From positions 1,054,001 through 1,118,000 of the forward strand of contig CP145422.1 in the NCBI GenBank assembly GCA_036867785.1: DNA of 64,000 nt. The letters are read 5' to 3'. The translations under genes were made by a program, and so were the position numbers. The notes below the pieces were generated by a model that saw only the letters and a program-made list of their open reading frames with translations, was not told the DNA's origin and did not search any database. Of the stretch, positions 50,888 to 62,003 are shown piece after piece. Numbering within the stretch: position 1 is the stretch's first letter; every line of letters begins with the position of its first letter. This DNA comes from Plasmodiophora brassicae (taxonomy: Eukaryota).

Positions 50888-51925
50888 CAGGCCTCTTTAA
50901 AGTAGGACATTGCCCTATTCGTACTATTCTAGCTTAAATAGTACACCTTGGGACGCTTAGAATAGTACATCTAGTACATCTACAGAAATCCGTCCAGTAG
51001 ACGCCCTAGGATCGATCTAAGTAGTGTGTATCAATGCAGCAGGCCCTAGAGACGATTTGCCACATCCTGGAGTGCTCGGTATTACTTGGCATACATGATT
51101 CCTTCCAGAACGAAATCTGTCATGGCGGCGCAATAGGCATTCCGGCGATAGGACATTAAGGAGAAGTGACCCTCGACCCGACTAGTGGTTGGCATCACGG
51201 TCGCCAGACCCGCCGCGAACTGCTGCAACTCGATCGGCGAAACGAGAACCACAACGAACTGCTGCAACTCGGCGAAACAAGAACCACAAGATGACCAGGC
51301 TTTGAGAACGCATTACGAGTCGTAGACTGCAGTGATGCCATCAACGGCGGCTCTTGTGCAGAGATGCGAATGAGATCTTGTGCTGCCGGCAAACTGTAGG
51401 AATAAATTCTGGCTCGAAAGCTGCCCGCAGCTGTTCCTTGTGACTTGCAACCAACACAAATCGACCATTGACGTATTAACCAGTTGCAGCGGGAGACAAG
51501 GTGGCGCAAGAGCCGATTCGCGGCCAGCATCCTGTCTGCCTGCCATCACCTTGACCATACCAACCATCAGCAACTTCGTCATCTGCATCCTCGCGCCCCC
51601 AGCACTCACATAAGCGGCACACAACAGCTTCAACAGAGCCACTGCTTTCGTTCCGTGACGTCACTCGCAATCCGAACTCAAGTTCGACCTTATCCAGGTA
51701 GGGATATAATCGTTTCGGATGTTTACGTGGAGGACCCGACATCGCGGCAGCTATCATGGGTCAGTGGGGGGGTTAGGCCCTGCTCCGGAACAGTCCAAAC
51801 GACTCGGGGAAGTCCGTAGGCACTTGGTAAGTCCGCCACGCACTAATTAAAATAGTACAGACAGGTGCCCTTATATTAGTACATTGTACTATTCTAACGC
51901 GATTGTACTACTTTATAGAGGCCTG
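50888..51925. mobile_element. Non-autonomous DNA transposon (hAT-like) with TIRs and a transposase remnant
   Basis: TIRs CAGGCCTCTTTAAAGTAGGACA / TGTACTACTTTATAGAGGCCTG; repeated subterminal AATAGTACA/GTACTA motifs; minus-strand remnant EFGLRVTSRNESSGSVEAVVCRLCECWGRE. Confidence 0.8.
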
Positions 51926-52034
51926 GTTATATACCAATATACCTACATAGCGCGCTGCCTAGCGAACGTATAGCCGCCGTAGCGCGCCCCTCCCTGGAAC
52001 TAGGCAATTCCACATGTTTTTGTACTCGGTGCTA

Positions 52035-52724
52035 CTAGTGCACGTTCGACCAGTCTCCTGCTGTCCGGCGCCGCTCGATCTCGTCGGCTACGAGCATCTT
52101 CATGCGGATCGCGTCGGCAGACTCCGATTTCCCAGTCGCACCAATAATAGTCCTAGGAATGACGACCGATAAGAATGCAGTCGGGATAACGAGTCGCTGT
52201 AAAACGTACTCATAACGTCGGCGACGTTTCGCGACCACCTTGTCGACAGATCTCTTGTGGTAATGCTCGATGATGTTCTGGATCGGTTGACCGGCGAACT
52301 TGTCCTTCGGGTCCAGATACGTTCGGAGGTGGCAGACCAATTTGGTCTTGCTCTCTTCGAGAAGATCTGTTAGCTCGTCGCTGGCCATGTCGAATGCCTC
52401 GGATAAGGACAAGCCCTGGCGTTCCTCGAGCAGGGCGTGCCAGCGCTGCGTCAGGGTCAGCCGATAGTTACACTCCTCCGGATTGTCCGGATTCGTTGGC
52501 AGTATGACGAGGTTGGGCTCCTTGCCGTGTCGCCGTTTGAACTCACGATCGAACGCCCGATGCAGACGGTCGTACGAGGAGCGAATGGCGGGCGGGCGAC
52601 GCACGGGATAGGCACCCGACGGTGGGCACAGCAACGCAATATTGTACCATCGCGGGGCCTCGGCCACGTGCCCGCACTGCATCATGGTCGAGGCCCGGTA
52701 GAGCAGCTTCGACAGCGTCGACAT
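52035..52724 (-). CDS. Probable mitochondrial ribosomal protein mS23-like
   Basis: N-terminal LLYRASTMMQCG...PRWYNIALLCPP resembles the mS23 PxWy..PP motif; intronless ORF. Confidence 0.5.
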   Translation of the reverse strand: MSTLSKLLYRASTMMQCGHVAEAPRWYNIALLCPPSGAYPVRRPPAIRSSYDRLHRAFDREFKRRHGKEPNLVILPTNPDNPEECNYRLTLTQRWHALLEERQGLSLSEAFDMASDELTDLLEESKTKLVCHLRTYLDPKDKFAGQPIQNIIEHYHKRSVDKVVAKRRRRYEYVLQRLVIPTAFLSVVIPRTIIGATGKSESADAIRMKMLVADEIERRRTAGDWSNVH

Positions 52725-52862
52725 GACGACGTGCGGCGCTACCCGCGCGACCCGATCCACAAAATGGGCGGCACTGTGAGCTGGAACATCAATTGCTGCC
52801 CCGCGAGAATGGTTCGCATCTTTTTTTTAGGTTCCGCCTGACGCTGCGACCTGAGCAGAGAG

Positions 52863-54826
52863 ATGCTGATTCGGCCGCGCGGGCCTGCTGGACTCGCCGG
52901 TGCTGCTGATGGCGGTGCCGGAGCAGGTCCGGATTCGCATGCGCTGTATGGCAGGCGGGTACGGACACGATCCTGGTCCGCGAGACTGGCGGTCGGGTTT
53001 GCCGTCGTCGCGATCGTGAGCTGGATCCTCTTTGTTCTGCATTACGTTCGGTTTCACTATCAGTACGATGTGCGAGATCGTGTCCCAGTGCGCCATGGTT
53101 TGAGTCTCCCTCTGACGTGTGTGTTCGTATAGAAGAAACGTGTTGATGAGCCATTGGTACTGCCGGTTCAGCACGTTCCTGCAGCGACCGCCCCCAGGGC
53201 AGCTGTCGTGGATGCCGTTCGTCAAACGGCACATCGTGGACCGTTCTTTGACGATCCCACAAAGTCACCTGCAATCCTGGTCCTGACCTATAATCGACCG
53301 CAGTACCTGACCCAGACCATCCAGCGTCAGTTGCCCTTCCTGCCTACCACAATGCAGCCGATCTAATACGTTGCCATGTGTCGCGTAACAGGCCTGCACG
53401 AGCTGCCAAGAAGAGCGGCGTTCAAGGTATACGTCAGCCAGGATGGAGACCACTTGGAGACGTCGCGTTTCCTCGAATCCATAACGGACTGGGCAACTCG
53501 TTTGCAGAGGGACCGCCGGCCTTTGATCGACGAGAGGCAGGGCGGGACGGCATATCTTGCTCAGCATTACAAATGGGCATTGGATCGTCTGTTCATCGAC
53601 TACAACCACTCGCACGTTGTCGTTCTTGAAGACGACCTAATCCTGTCGCCCGACTGCCTTGTCATGTTCGAACAGACTGCCGTTCTTCTCGACCAGGACC
53701 CGGTACTGGATACGTTTTAACCCAGCGATCCATTTGCGCTGACCCCGCCTTTGTCATGACCAGTCCATATGGTGCGTCTCGTCATGGAACGACCTTGGCA
53801 GACCTCGGTATGCACACGACAATCGAACCCTGTCCCGAACGGATTACTTCCCTGGACTTGTACGGTACAAATGAGTGTCGCGGGGGGTCTCGGGTGAGTC
53901 AAAGGCTCCTGCATTGTAGGGATGGATGCTCAGCCGGTCGCTGTGGCTGGAGTTGAGTCCACGCTTCCCCTTGGATCAGTGGGATCATTGGATGCGTCTC
54001 GACACTGTCAGTCGCGGCCGCTCGTGTATTGTCCCTGAGGTGCGGTTTCGCCCATTTCTGGTAATCGGTTCTCAGGTGTTCGATGTTGACGCAGGTATCA
54101 CGAAATCGAAATATTGGAGAGAGCGGCACAACGGACGGAGCGTTCTTCGCGTCGCGCGTAGCATCTATCAAGTTCAACGAAGACCCGGTCGATGACTTTG
54201 GCCCTGTGGATTACCTGTTGAAGCGGAACTATGATCGGTACGTCCGCGACGTTGTTCGGCGCGGTCGGATCATGGGCGACGTGGGGGAGATTGCCGCGTT
54301 TGTCGGGGCGAACAGTCGTGGCAGCGCGGGGACAAAGCAGTACCTCGTGGCTCCTTACCTGCTTGAAGAGTATGCGTCTGTAACCGCGTCTCTCGACCTG
54401 CTGGATACCCCGCGTGGGTACTACCAGGGCGTCACTCTGCTGTCACTGGGGCCGTCTCGCGGCATTGTTCTGATTGATCGTCGTGTTTCGCCGTTCTGTC
54501 CTGATCATCTGCGCCAGCTTCCGAACCCATCCTTGTTGGCGCTGGCCGCTGAACGGAATGTCGACTGTGACGCGACCTGCGCCGGGGTGTCGATGGTTTG
54601 CGATCGATACCATTTCCAATTCATCAATACGTGCTCGGCGCTGGAGAGCGCGTTCCCCTGCGAAAGAGGGTGTCTGGGTGGCGTTGTTGGCGATGACGTG
54701 CCGAACTATGTGTCCAGTTCAGCGAAGCCGGACCTGCACGGGTTCTGCCTGACTACCGAGGGATGGCCAACGTGCACCGCCAAGCACTGGACCACTTCCC
54801 GTCTGTGTCCATGTATTCCTCGATAG
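52863..54826 (+). CDS. MGAT1: Alpha-1,3-mannosyl-glycoprotein 2-beta-N-acetylglucosaminyltransferase (GnT-I, GT13)
   Basis: Type II TM anchor, LVLTYNRPQYL, VSQDG, LAQHYKWAL, VLEDDL, CVSSWND, DYFPGL-GWML, WDHWMR, IVPE-VSR. Confidence 0.92.
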
Positions 54827-55347
54827 GCAGCCGGTTGCGTCCCATCCTGTTATTCTTGCATTTCAAGCTCATTAAACCGATCCATCTACCTGACGCGCTG
54901 AGCCTGACGTCGCTAGGTTGTATGATCCCGATAGCCGGTTTGGACGTAGACATTCGTTTCGCCCGTGGAAAACAACGTTGCCGAGGATGTGACAGCCCTC
55001 GTCAGGCTGCATAAACAAAGGCCTACGATACACCTGCGACCTGCGTGACCTTGGGCGCAGGAGCGTCTTTTGAAAAGGCAACATCGACGGCGCAGGTCGC
55101 TCTTCTGGCATATGAACGTAAGCGCATTCATTGCCCACTGATAACCGAAGTGGTATCATCGTCGACGCGATAACAACGCCCTGCAATCCGTTGATGGGTG
55201 CTGTTCCGACAAGTACTTCGTTTTCGGTCATGACGTCGGATGCCCCATGAGGAAATTGTTGTCTCCGACAGATACGGTGTAGTTATCGAAAATGTAGAAT
55301 ACTGACCAGAACGTGGGCACCACGAACTGAGGGGAAGTCCCCTGATC

Positions 55348-55896
55348 TCAACCCTGCTCGACCTGGTTGCCGGCTTCATCCTTCTCTTTCATCATCTTGC
55401 CGACCACGAAGCTCCAAGCGTCGCGCGACTGGCGTACCTTGATGGCGTATACAGCCAACGCGGCAATGCAAATCATGAGCAGGACGGTGAACAGCGTCAT
55501 TGCCAGCAGTGTGATCGTGCGTATGTCGCTGGTAACCATCTCCTTCCATGATTCATGCGAGCCTGGTGTCGATGTCGAATATTGAGCAGCAGTAGACGAC
55601 CCAGCCGCCGGTTCTGCAATTGAAGCCTGCCGCTTCCCAATGGCCCTCACGACGGCAACCGTGCCTAGGGCAGCCGCCGTGCCTGCTGCAGCCAAGAGCT
55701 TAGCGTTCCCGTCTGTGGCAGTCAAAGGTGAGGCCGCCTGGGCAGTATGCTCTACCGCTACGACGTTACTCTTTGTCATGAACGGGGCTGGCGGTGCCGG
55801 ATGGTCATCCTGACGGTCCCCACTAGTGGCATCGGCGTCAGGCAGGAGGAGCACGCATACGGCCAACCACACGAACGACGTGACGAGATGTTCCAT
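55348..55896 (-). CDS. Hypothetical secretory-pathway membrane protein
   Basis: Signal peptide MEHLVTSFVWLAVCVLLLPDADA and a C-terminal TM helix. Confidence 0.6.
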   Translation of the reverse strand: MEHLVTSFVWLAVCVLLLPDADATSGDRQDDHPAPPAPFMTKSNVVAVEHTAQAASPLTATDGNAKLLAAAGTAAALGTVAVVRAIGKRQASIAEPAAGSSTAAQYSTSTPGSHESWKEMVTSDIRTITLLAMTLFTVLLMICIAALAVYAIKVRQSRDAWSFVVGKMMKEKDEAGNQVEQG

Positions 55897-56147
55897 GGGC
55901 AGCGGTTCGCAGGCACACGCGGCGATGTCGACGGGCTGGCGATGGCCCGCTACGCCCCGAAATAGAATCTCCCGACACCCGAAATGGCAGGGCACACGCA
56001 GCAGCACCAGACAGTGAGACCCCAACAGCTGTGTCCACTAAACGACTTCCGTCGATGACGCTGGCCGCGCCAACAGACCACAGCAGCGGGAACCGACTGA
56101 CGTAACTGACGTAATATATTCGTGTCGATAGGGCGACCGCGCATGCG

Positions 56148-57335
56148 TCATTCCGCCTGCCTATCGATGAACTTGCTTTCTGGGTAGAACGTCGCGCCGA
56201 CTAGCTTGCCGTTGAACGACCGCGTCTTCAGGACGTCCCGAGCCGCGCTGGCATGATCGACGCTGTCGAACTGGACCCATATCTTGCCGACACCGGGCGG
56301 GTCGTTTTCGGGGCCGTCCGCCGACGGCTTCGGGATCCAGACTTGCTCAACCGGACCGAACTTCTGGCACTCCTCGCGCACGTCCAGCAGAATATCATCG
56401 TACTCGTCCTTGTCGAGGAGATCGCCCCTCGAGCACATGTTAGTCAGCAGAATGACGCGAGTGGGCGCCGTGATGGCCTGGTCGACGAGGTGAGCAGGAA
56501 CGGGCGGCGCCGCTGTCGAATGGGCCGGTAGTCGGCCGGTGCAGTCCGCTGGGGCGGCTGGCAGGCCGGCAATATCCATGACGAACGTGTCAAGGTGGTC
56601 CGGTGCCGGCATGTAATCCGCTGGGCGTCCCACGCGAAGCGGGCGACCGCCGAGCATCAGGCCGTCAAAGATGTCGATGCAGCGGGTCGCATCTGAGACA
56701 GCACGACATTCGCTGATTAACGATTTCAGCTCACATACGAACGGGGCCGACCAATCATACAACATGTGACATGTAACTTACACGAACTGAGAAGACGAGG
56801 TCAGAATCGGAGCACACACGGGCCAGACGCGGTCCGAACTTACACAGAAGGACCCGTCGGAGCTCGTCCAGACGGAGACGACGGGGTTCGGCGTGGTGAT
56901 CCCACTGGCGATGGCCGCGTTCGTGAAGAACTGGACGAGGGCGGCCTCGGTGAACCCCGCGCCAATCGGCAGGTTGCCGCAGTACAGGCGCCGGGCCTGA
57001 CGAGTGACCTGCGCCAGCTGCGGGTTCGATCCCGCGGGCGATTGCGACAGGAGCTGCTTGATGAGCTCCGGGTTGGGTCGGGGCGGCGACGGGATCGCAC
57101 GGGTGCGGCTGCGGCTGCGGGTCTGGCGACGGCTGCGGCTGCGGCTGCGGCTCCGGTGACGGCGATGGCGGCGCGGCGACCTCGACGATGGACGCCGGCG
57201 AGGGTGACGCCCGGACGGCGACACCGACCTGTGCCGGCGGCGGTGACGCGACGACCGGGATCGCGACCGCGACTGCGACCGCGACCGGGACCGGTGCCGA
57301 TGGCGAGGGCGTCGGTCGGATCGCGGTTCCGACAT
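56148..57335 (-). CDS. U2AF large-subunit-like splicing factor (RS domain + RRM + UHM)
   Basis: RS repeats, TRQARRLYCGNLP, LRVGRPADY, PTRVILLTNM, DVREECQKFG, GVGKIWVQF. Confidence 0.88.
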
Positions 57336-57836
57336 CTGTCCTTGCTGCGCGGTCCGCACCACCCGCCGCGGATTGTCCAACTGAGCCGCCACAATTCGGC
57401 GACGGCCAGATGCGACCTGTGCCGTCAGCCGCGCACGGCTGACGGCACCACGCCCCGGGTGGATACAACGATTTATATACCGAGGTAGGACAGCGCAGGC
57501 GAAACAACCAGCGGGGGCACCCTGCAGTACATGGATGGTTGCAATGGGAGAGAGACCCGTGCGAGTTACACGCCAATGTGGCGAGATCGTCATAGTAGGC
57601 GGGGTAAGGCCGTCCTCTGTTTCACCTGGGCGTTATGCTCGTCAGCAGTAGAGCGGAAGCCTGCCTGCTGAGGTAGGTAGTGCTGCTACTTACTCTAATA
57701 GTGCAGGCAGTGTGCTCACCTGTCGTTGGGTGTCCCGTTTTGGGGCGGCGGCGGCGTCGCGTGCGTCGGGGTCTCATTGCGGGGCTGTGCAGCGGCGCGG
57801 GTTGATCCTGTCCCAGTCGGTTGGGGTGCCGCCGCC

Positions 57837-58344
57837 ATGTTCATCGACAAGCTCAGCAAGAACGCGTCGCACCGATGGGCCATGCTGCGTACCATGGCGA
57901 CGCAGCTGCTTCAGTACGGGCGGATTGAGACGACGCTGCCCAAGGCGCGGCAGCTGTCCAAGGTGGCCGACCGCCTCATCACGTACGCCAAGCGCGGCAC
58001 GGCCGGGTCCCGCATGCAGGCGACCCGCATCGTGCGAAGCACGGACATGATCGACAAGCTGTTCAAGGAGATCGCCCCTCGGTACACGCACCGGGACGGC
58101 GGGTACACGCGCGTCCTGCGATCCCGCAAGCGGTACGGCGACAACGCCACCATGGCCTTCATCGAATACGTTGACAGGTACGCGCACCTGGGCGGCTAAC
58201 CGCATGTCAACTGATGCTGGATCTCGTTTGGGCAGACCCGGGGAATTGCGACAGGCGCGAGCGCCGCCCACGATGGCACCGCGGTCGTCTACGACGGCGT
58301 CATCCGTGTCGGACGTCGATGTTGAAGGCGAGACTGTCCAGTAG
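57837..58344 (+). CDS. MRPL17: Mitochondrial ribosomal protein bL17m (one intron)
   Basis: HRWAMLRTMATQLLQYGRIETTLPKAR, RYTHRDGGYTRV, GDNATMAFIEYVDR. Confidence 0.93.
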
Positions 58345-58447
58345 ATCGGGATCGGCAATAAAGCCTCACAGGTCTCCCCAACATCTAAATATCTGTGCAT
58401 CTAACAACGACAGGCACGCGTCTCTCTATCCGTGTTACGTGACGACG

Positions 58448-60957
58448 ATGACGGATACGATGGACATGACGGTCGTCCAGCCGTTGTCGATGACAATCAT
58501 GACGGAGGGGACGACGACGGTCATGGGGTCGTTTGCCACGAGTCGTAGGGACGACGGGGTGGGCGACGGACGACAGGAGGATCGCGGCCTGGAGGATCCC
58601 GTGCTGACGAGCTTCTGGGACTTGGTCCCCGACATCGTCGAGGTGTACATGCGAGGAAGTGCAGGTGCCGGTGCTGTTGGAACAGGGGCGGTATCGTCGC
58701 CATCTGTCGCACGAGTCGAGGCATTGCCTGACGACGCACCGGATTCCATTGCCATACCTTTGCAGTCCATGCGATTCGACAACAAACCCATCAGAACCAA
58801 GGTATGTACACTGAACACGGCCAGTATGGGGTAACCAGCAATGGGCGCGACCTGAGCGTCTGACGCAGATCAGGACGGCGGAGGAGAAGAGGGCCGAAAT
58901 CATGGCGAAATGGCAGAACGACGCCAGGTACAGAGACTTGTTCGACTCGGCCGTCATTGTCGTCGTGGACGACGCTGACGATAACGCCAACAACACTGCA
59001 TCCGGCGGCTCGCCAGACGATAGTACAAGCAGCAAAGGGTCGGTGGGGGGTATTCGACCCGTTGGCCCAGTGTTCTGAACGGCGCGCGCTCGATGGTAGG
59101 CAATCGTGCGACCTGAGCGACTACGTGGGGCAGGCCCAGTCGACGCATTCCCTGAAACTGAAGCAGCCGATGTTACTGTCGTCGGCGCACCCGCTCGCCA
59201 GCCAGGCATACAAGGTCTTCAAGAAGATCGCCACGTACATGATGGATCGCAAGTCCAGCAAGACGCCTCTCGTTCAGGTAGGGTCTGTGCGGCAGCCGCC
59301 CTCGGCGTTTCAGTTCACATGTGTGGCGTTTCAACAGGCACACGAGCTGCTCGAGGTGGCCATCAGGGCTCCAGAAGCCCTACGCGATGAGATCCTTGTT
59401 CAGGTTATGAAGCAGACGAACGAAAACCCGTCGCCTGAGTCGACCGTTCGTGGCTGGCGCCTGCTGTCGTTATGCCTCGGGCACTTCCCGCCGTCGTCGC
59501 AGCTGGCGCCCTACGTCAAATCGTATGTCGCGTCCGCGATCCAGTCATCGTCCAGCGAGGTCGTCGACATCGCCAAGTACTGCATGTCGAATGTGGCACA
59601 AGTCGTCGTCAGCGGCGCCCGGGTTCATGCTGCGTCCAATGCAGAGATTGCCGCCTGCGAACGTCGCCGACCTGTCGTCGTCAAGGTACGCCTGGGACGT
59701 CGACGGCGCGCCACTCGACTAACACATCGTGCACGGCTTGTAGATCTGGCACTCGAGCGACCCTCGCGACGTGCTGCGAGTGGCTGTCGAGCCGCATACG
59801 ACTGTCCGGGCCACGGTTCAGGCCGTCTCGGTGCGCCTGGGTATAACGATGCCGGCCGCGTTCGGCCTGTCCGTTCGACGACGCAAAGGCGCCCTGCGTC
59901 AGGAGATGGCCGCGTACGAGAAGGTGCTGGACGTCGTGTCCGAATGCCTCATGGCGGGGCGGGCCAAGGACAAGGACAACGCAACGGTCAAAGGGAAAGC
60001 CCGAACGCCAAAGGCGTCGTCGTCGTCGGCCGACGAAGCTGATCTGGTGGTGGCCATGAGCGGGATTGATGTCGGGATCCTGTTTCACGCGCGTCTCCTG
60101 ATTGCCAGCAAGAACGCGTCACTGTCCGATGGCGAATTGCACATATTCTTCCAGCGGTGCGTGTCGGACGTGCTGGCCGGTCATTACCCGGCCGACGAGA
60201 AGGACCTCATGGCCCTGGCCGTCATCCAGTGCTATGCCCAGCGCATCTGCAAGGACGCGAAGGACAGTGCAGGAGCCAGCCAGCAGGGCATGCCGGAGAC
60301 ATTGCCAAGGACCGGGAGTGGGGCATCGGCGGAAGATCAGGGGTCCGACTGGCTGTTCGAGTACCTGCCCGCTGATATCATCGCCATGCGCAGTCGCCCG
60401 TACCTGCAGAAACGACTGATGACCGATGCGGTCAAGACCATGGAGGGCAAGTCCAGGCGCGATGCCGAGATGGAATACCTCAGGTTCGAACCGCTCCATC
60501 GTGCATGCGTTCACGCCGGATGACCGATTAATGCTGTGGTTGCCAGATACACGGAGAAGTGGCCGACCAGCGGAGGGACATTCTTCGCCGCCACGCGACT
60601 AAAGAACGAGGCCAAAGGCAACGAGGACCAGCCTGTACTTCTGTGCGTCACCGAACGCGGTCTGCACTGCTGCGATCCGGGAACGAAGGCAGTCGTGAGT
60701 TGCGCCTGCTGTCGTACGGTATTCCCGCAATGTGCTCATTGTCGTAGAGGCAAATGTTCCCGTACGCTCGCATAAAGACGATGGGCGACGTGAACGGGAA
60801 CCTGCTGTCCGTGGTGGCCGGGTCCGACCTACACGAGTTCCGCATGCAATTCCTGACGGATCAGGCGCCTATGATCCACGACCTCATGCAAGAGTATATT
60901 TCCGTCATGGCCAGCACCCACTCGAACGTCATCCAAGACGTCATCACCGAATCGTGA
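58448..60957 (+). CDS. MyTH4-FERM domain protein without a motor domain (multi-exon)
   Basis: FKKIATYMMD, LRDEILVQVMKQTNENPS, GWRLLSLCLGHFPPS; FERM-like QRCVSDVLAGHYP, AEMEYL, LCVTERGL. Confidence 0.85.
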
Positions 60958-62003
60958 GATGGCAAGCAACACCAGCATGCATGCATGCACGAACGATTGT
61001 ACATCAGTCCATGTCCCGCCAGCGTTGACAACGACATGCTAGTTTGGTAGATCAGCGGTCGTCGAGACCGACAACCTTGTTATTCAGCGTCCGATCCTGC
61101 ATGTATTTATACACGATGCAGAATACAGGACTACTGCCCATATGTGTATGGCTGCTGTAGACGTACGTAGCGTTCTTGTTCGCAGTTAGGCGGCGAAGTC
61201 GACCTCTGTTAGCATTCGGCCTTACCACATTCTGCAAACTGTTTACAAAGAAGGAGCGGAACAGCCCAAGTGCTGCAGGGAGGGAAGAGGCCCGCGTCCA
61301 GCTCTAACAGAGCACCGAGGTCACCAATCCTGGTCCGATTCAGAGACGCACCATGTAGTAGTAATAACTAGCCCAGCTTTTGATTGTCAGAGGCGGCGAC
61401 CGTCTGGAGGTGTAGGTACCTGCGGAATGCGGCAGGCCAACACGGAACGAAGCTCGTTTCAGGCTAGAACGATCAGCGCGTCGGCGAATTGCTCTCTACG
61501 AAACTGTAAAATGCCTCAGTCTTATAACGTACAATGCAGCACATGAGCAGTATTATAGACGTCTTGGGGTAAGGATAGATCAAGATGAAAGCATCCACGA
61601 GGGCGGACACTGAACATCGGGATCGTAATTTGGCAGCGGTCCGTTCGAGGACTTACGCCTGCCAAGCGTTCCCGCAGTCATAACGGTTGGCGAGACGCCG
61701 ATCCGGATCCATGCCGTTTGCTATAAACGCTATGGGCAATGGCCGTCCTGCCCGGTACACGATAGCAACCCGCGTCGTCGCGCTCCTTGTTCTAAATTGC
61801 CTGACTGTGGACATGGGCCATGGCAAGCTTGGTGGTCATTTCCGAGATTCATCACTAACAGGAGATCGGTCAGAAACAAAATACACAGGTCACCGGATCC
61901 CGACATGTGGATATTGTAATATTGTAATGACGAGATCACTCGAGAATGGTATGAGAGCACAGGCTGTGGACCCGTGGTGCATTGTCACCGGAACACAATA
62001 TTG

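Noticed and set aside
51217-51290. Two ~38-bp direct repeats, superficially CRISPR-like
   Set aside because: Only two adjacent units, no spacers, inside a eukaryotic transposon; no cas genes.
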